Shown piece after piece: positions 61,187 through 64,000 of a stretch of DNA of 64,000 nt. The stretch is taken from NCBI GenBank assembly GCA_963828525.1, contig CAWHEP010000003.1:96001-160000 (forward strand), given 5' to 3'. This DNA is from an uncultured Verrucomicrobiae bacterium (GTDB lineage: Bacteria; Verrucomicrobiota; Verrucomicrobiia; Chthoniobacterales; Chthoniobacteraceae). Every line of letters starts with the position of its first letter. The stretch's first letter is position 1. The translations under genes were made by a program, and so were the position numbers. The notes beneath the pieces were generated by a model. That model saw only the letters and a program-made list of their open reading frames with translations. It made no database searches and was not told the DNA's origin.

Positions 61187-63202
61187 ATGCCTCAACTCAC
61201 TTCACGTCCTCCGAAAGAAAAAGGCCCCCGTAACGCGAACGATCCAAACTTTAACTGGCGCGGGATCGTGCTTTTCGTGGTCGCAATTGCTTTGATAGGA
61301 GGAGCTTTCATCTTCAAGACGCCTTACGGAAACGTCGAGGAAATCCCTCTTTACCGCTTCAACGAACTGCTGGCTGACAAGCAGATCGTTAATGACATTC
61401 ATCACCCGGTCGATGTTGTCTTGGAAGACGGGAGGCCAACGCAGTGGGTAAAAGGATACTACAAGGGTTCTCAGAACGAAGTCACCCAGTTCCGCACTTC
61501 CGTGTCGCTGGATTACGATAAAGACCTTAAAACCAGGCTTGGCGCCGCTGGCCTCCAGTATGTTTCAGTGAAGGCAGAGTCCAACCTTCTTGCGTCGGCG
61601 CTCATAAGTTTCGTTCCCATCGCGCTGTTTCTCCTGGTGCTTTATTTCTTCTTCCGGCAGCAGATCCGGATGGCTGGCAAGGGAGCGCTCAACTTCGGAA
61701 AGAGCAAAGCTCGGATGCTGGCCCGGGACAAAAACAAGATCACCTTCAAAGATGTCGCGGGAGTGGAAGAAGCGAAGGATGAAGTGCAGGAACTTGTGGA
61801 GTTTCTAAAAGACCCCAAGAAGTTCCAGAAGCTCGGCGGGAGAATCCCGAAAGGTGTGTTGATGGTCGGCCCTCCAGGGACTGGCAAGACATTGCTCGCC
61901 CGGGCGATCGCCGGGGAGGCCGATGTTCCATTCTTCAGCATTAGTGGGTCGGATTTCGTCGAGATGTTCGTGGGCGTCGGCGCGTCTCGTGTGCGAGACA
62001 TGTTCGAGCAGGGCAAGAAATCCGCGCCTTGCATCATATTCATAGACGAAATCGACGCTGTCGGACGGCATCGCGGTCATGGCCTCGGAGGAGGGCACGA
62101 CGAGCGTGAGCAGACGCTGAACGCCTTGCTCGTCGAGATGGATGGTTTCGACACCCAGGAAGGGGTCATAATTATAGCTGCGACGAACAGGCCAGATGTG
62201 CTCGATCCCGCGCTGTTGCGGCCTGGACGCTTTGACCGGCAGATCACTGTAAATCTTCCCGACGTGAAAGGCCGGGAAGAGATCCTGAAGGTTCACGCAA
62301 AGAGGGTCAAAATCGGCGAGGATGTAGATCTGGCAGTCATCGCCCGTGGCACGCCGGGTTACTCTGGCGCGGAACTGGCAAATGTGATTAACGAGGCGGC
62401 GTTGCTCGCGGCGAGGCGCGGCCTGAAAGCGATCACCCTGTCGGAGTTGGAAGAGGCTCGCGACAAGGTGCGATGGGGCAAGGAACGGAGAAGCCTCGCC
62501 ATCAGTGAAAAGGAGAAAGAGAATACCGCGTATCACGAGGCGGGACACGCTCTCCTGCTTGAAATGCTGGAGCACACCGAGCCCCTGCATAAGGTGACTA
62601 TCATTCCACGAGGACCCTCCCTTGGTTCCACGATGTGGCTGCCGATGGAGGATAAATACACGATGCGCAAGAATGAGCTTCTCGATGACCTGGTGGTGGA
62701 TATGGGCGGGCGCGTTGCCGAGGAAATTGTGTTTGGAGATGTGACCAGCGGCGCGCGTGGCGACATTAAGATGGCTACAGGGCTTGCTCGGAAGATGGTT
62801 TGTGAGTGGGGTATGAGTGAAAAGATGGGGATGGTGGAATATGGCGAGCACGAGGACTATGTGTTCCTTGGCCGCGATATCTCACGCGCTCGAGACTACA
62901 GCGAAGCAACCGCGCAGGAGATTGACCGCGAGGTGCGGAAACTCTGTGATGACGCCTATTCCCGCGCCAAACGCATCATCATCGACCACAGGGATACACT
63001 GGAGACAATCGCCAAGGCTCTGCTCGAATATGAAACGCTGGACGGTTCGCACATTCGGGACATCATCAAACACGGGAAGATGCTAAACCCACCTTCCAGC
63101 GGGACACCCGTTCGCACAAAGCCGCCAGAGCGGGAACCGGAGCCTGCGGGGACTACGCTTGCGCCTGACTACCCGCACGGGTTGACGGAAGCGCCTGCAT
63201 AG
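61187..63202 (+). CDS. ftsH: ATP-dependent zinc metalloprotease FtsH
   Basis: Two TM helices, [27 protein letters not shown]. Confidence 0.97.
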   Translation: MPQLTSRPPKEKGPRNANDPNFNWRGIVLFVVAIALIGGAFIFKTPYGNVEEIPLYRFNELLADKQIVNDIHHPVDVVLEDGRPTQWVKGYYKGSQNEVTQFRTSVSLDYDKDLKTRLGAAGLQYVSVKAESNLLASALISFVPIALFLLVLYFFFRQQIRMAGKGALNFGKSKARMLARDKNKITFKDVAGVEEAKDEVQELVEFLKDPKKFQKLGGRIPKGVLMVGPPGTGKTLLARAIAGEADVPFFSISGSDFVEMFVGVGASRVRDMFEQGKKSAPCIIFIDEIDAVGRHRGHGLGGGHDEREQTLNALLVEMDGFDTQEGVIIIAATNRPDVLDPALLRPGRFDRQITVNLPDVKGREEILKVHAKRVKIGEDVDLAVIARGTPGYSGAELANVINEAALLAARRGLKAITLSELEEARDKVRWGKERRSLAISEKEKENTAYHEAGHALLLEMLEHTEPLHKVTIIPRGPSLGSTMWLPMEDKYTMRKNELLDDLVVDMGGRVAEEIVFGDVTSGARGDIKMATGLARKMVCEWGMSEKMGMVEYGEHEDYVFLGRDISRARDYSEATAQEIDREVRKLCDDAYSRAKRIIIDHRDTLETIAKALLEYETLDGSHIRDIIKHGKMLNPPSSGTPVRTKPPEREPEPAGTTLAPDYPHGLTEAPA

Positions 63203-63282
63203 GAGTTCTGTCCACAGCACGGGCTTGATGGGGGCTTTCGCTGCGGCGAGTTCACCATGCCTCGCAATTCAGGGAAAGGATG

Positions 63283-64000
<718 letters not shown>

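Overview
Bacterial chromosomal window, GC-rich (roughly 55-60% by eye). Gene content and style suggest Verrucomicrobia, possibly Chthoniobacter-like; this is inference. Housekeeping content: class II ribonucleotide reductase nrdJ (runs off the left edge), gltBD, citrate synthase, hisI-trpE-trpG, hisB-hisH-hisA, ilvB, larC, ftsH, gap (runs off the right edge), and tRNA-Ser(GGA) and tRNA-Leu(GAG). It also holds CAZymes (GT2, GH28, GH5, GT87, GH92), three ABC systems, a fluoride-type CLC exporter and two hybrid histidine kinases. The accessory region (about 25.7-34.4 kb) is a polymorphic-toxin array. It contains a 5'-truncated Rhs gene, three orphan Rhs-core/toxin-tip cassettes and a fifth stub. 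Each complete tip is followed by a different, mostly hydrophobic candidate immunity gene, and three modules share a diverged in-frame leader element. The best leads are: (1) a candidate dual His/Trp attenuator (leader peptide MTLHWRLC, antiterminator and terminator) before hisI-trpE-trpG; (2) the Rhs array and its repeated leader/palindrome; (3) an ethylene-receptor-like double hybrid kinase; (4) a TerB-like/FHA-like/ABCG fusion transporter. About 13 apparent single-base frameshifts, several in conserved genes, most likely reflect sequencing or assembly indels, so those genes are called CDS rather than pseudogenes.
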